Positions 44,301 through 44,556 of a stretch of 44,556 nucleotides of DNA are shown here, piece by piece; position 1 is the first letter of the stretch, and each line of letters opens with the position of its first letter. The position numbers and the translations under genes were made by a program. The notes below the pieces were generated by a model, which saw only the letters and a program-made list of their open reading frames with translations, made no database searches and was not told where the DNA came from. The DNA is from Asterionella formosa (lineage: Eukaryota), in contig NKIB01014345.1 in the NCBI GenBank assembly GCA_002256025.1, forward strand, positions 1-44,556. Direction: 5' to 3'.

Positions 44301-44556
44301 ATTCCGTCCATGCAAAGAGTCACTTCGCGTTGAGCTTGAATAAGCTCCTTAGGAATCTCGATGTAGTCGTTCACGACTGGCAGCGGCTTGCGACGAGTTG
44401 TCTTGCCTTTTAGTGTTCCGATGTCAGGCCCAAAAATTTTCTCTGCAATTTTGATATCATCGGTAGTCACTGGATTATTGTTGATCGTATTCATACGAAT
44501 TATTGCCTTGAAATCATTAATTGATGGTGTACCCAAGGCATGAAATAGATCACGAG
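41395..44556 (-). mobile_element. Ty1/Copia (CoDi-type) pol: integrase-RT-RNase H, disabled; 5' part outside the window
   Basis: Integrase (DGMKVNG, IHCDNEF, EHVPEAERNNRVIKER), RT (ADIPNAF, KALYG, NPYDPCVAN, WHVDD), RNase H (WYVDAAF, SSTEAE, YRDNTS, ADYMTKPL). Lesions: frameshift near 42070, TAA at 41995-41997, TGA at 41557-41559. Confidence 0.95.

Overview
Eukaryotic nuclear DNA, most likely a diatom (inference from CoDi-type Copia elements, ASAFAP-like bipartite plastid presequences, short GT-AG introns, a gametolysin M11 gene and DUF6824-like domains). Ty1/Copia LTR retrotransposons occupy both ends of the window. Host genes: sterol delta-7 reductase (DHCR7/DWF5 type), plastid-type tRNA isopentenyltransferase, two long low-complexity hypothetical proteins, a spliced SohB-like S49 peptidase, a P2-type ATPase with a non-canonical ion-binding motif (PAGL instead of PEGL), a 4-exon M11 metalloprotease, an alpha/beta-hydrolase and a DUF6824-like multi-pass membrane protein. 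Intergenic DNA holds MITEs, including a TTAA-flanked family that forms a large palindrome, a Harbinger transposase relic and another decayed DNA transposon. Two observations stand out. (1) An inverted duplication at 33.3-41.3 kb of a convergent two-gene cassette (secreted M11 protease + DUF6824-like membrane protein) around the hydrolase gene, in which each arm has lost a different partner, leaving one intact copy of each gene. (2) A highly iterated palindromic motif family (GGTACC / TACCGGTA / TACCWGGTA) clustered in intergenic DNA, often upstream of genes. All protein assignments come from manual motif recognition; no searches were run.
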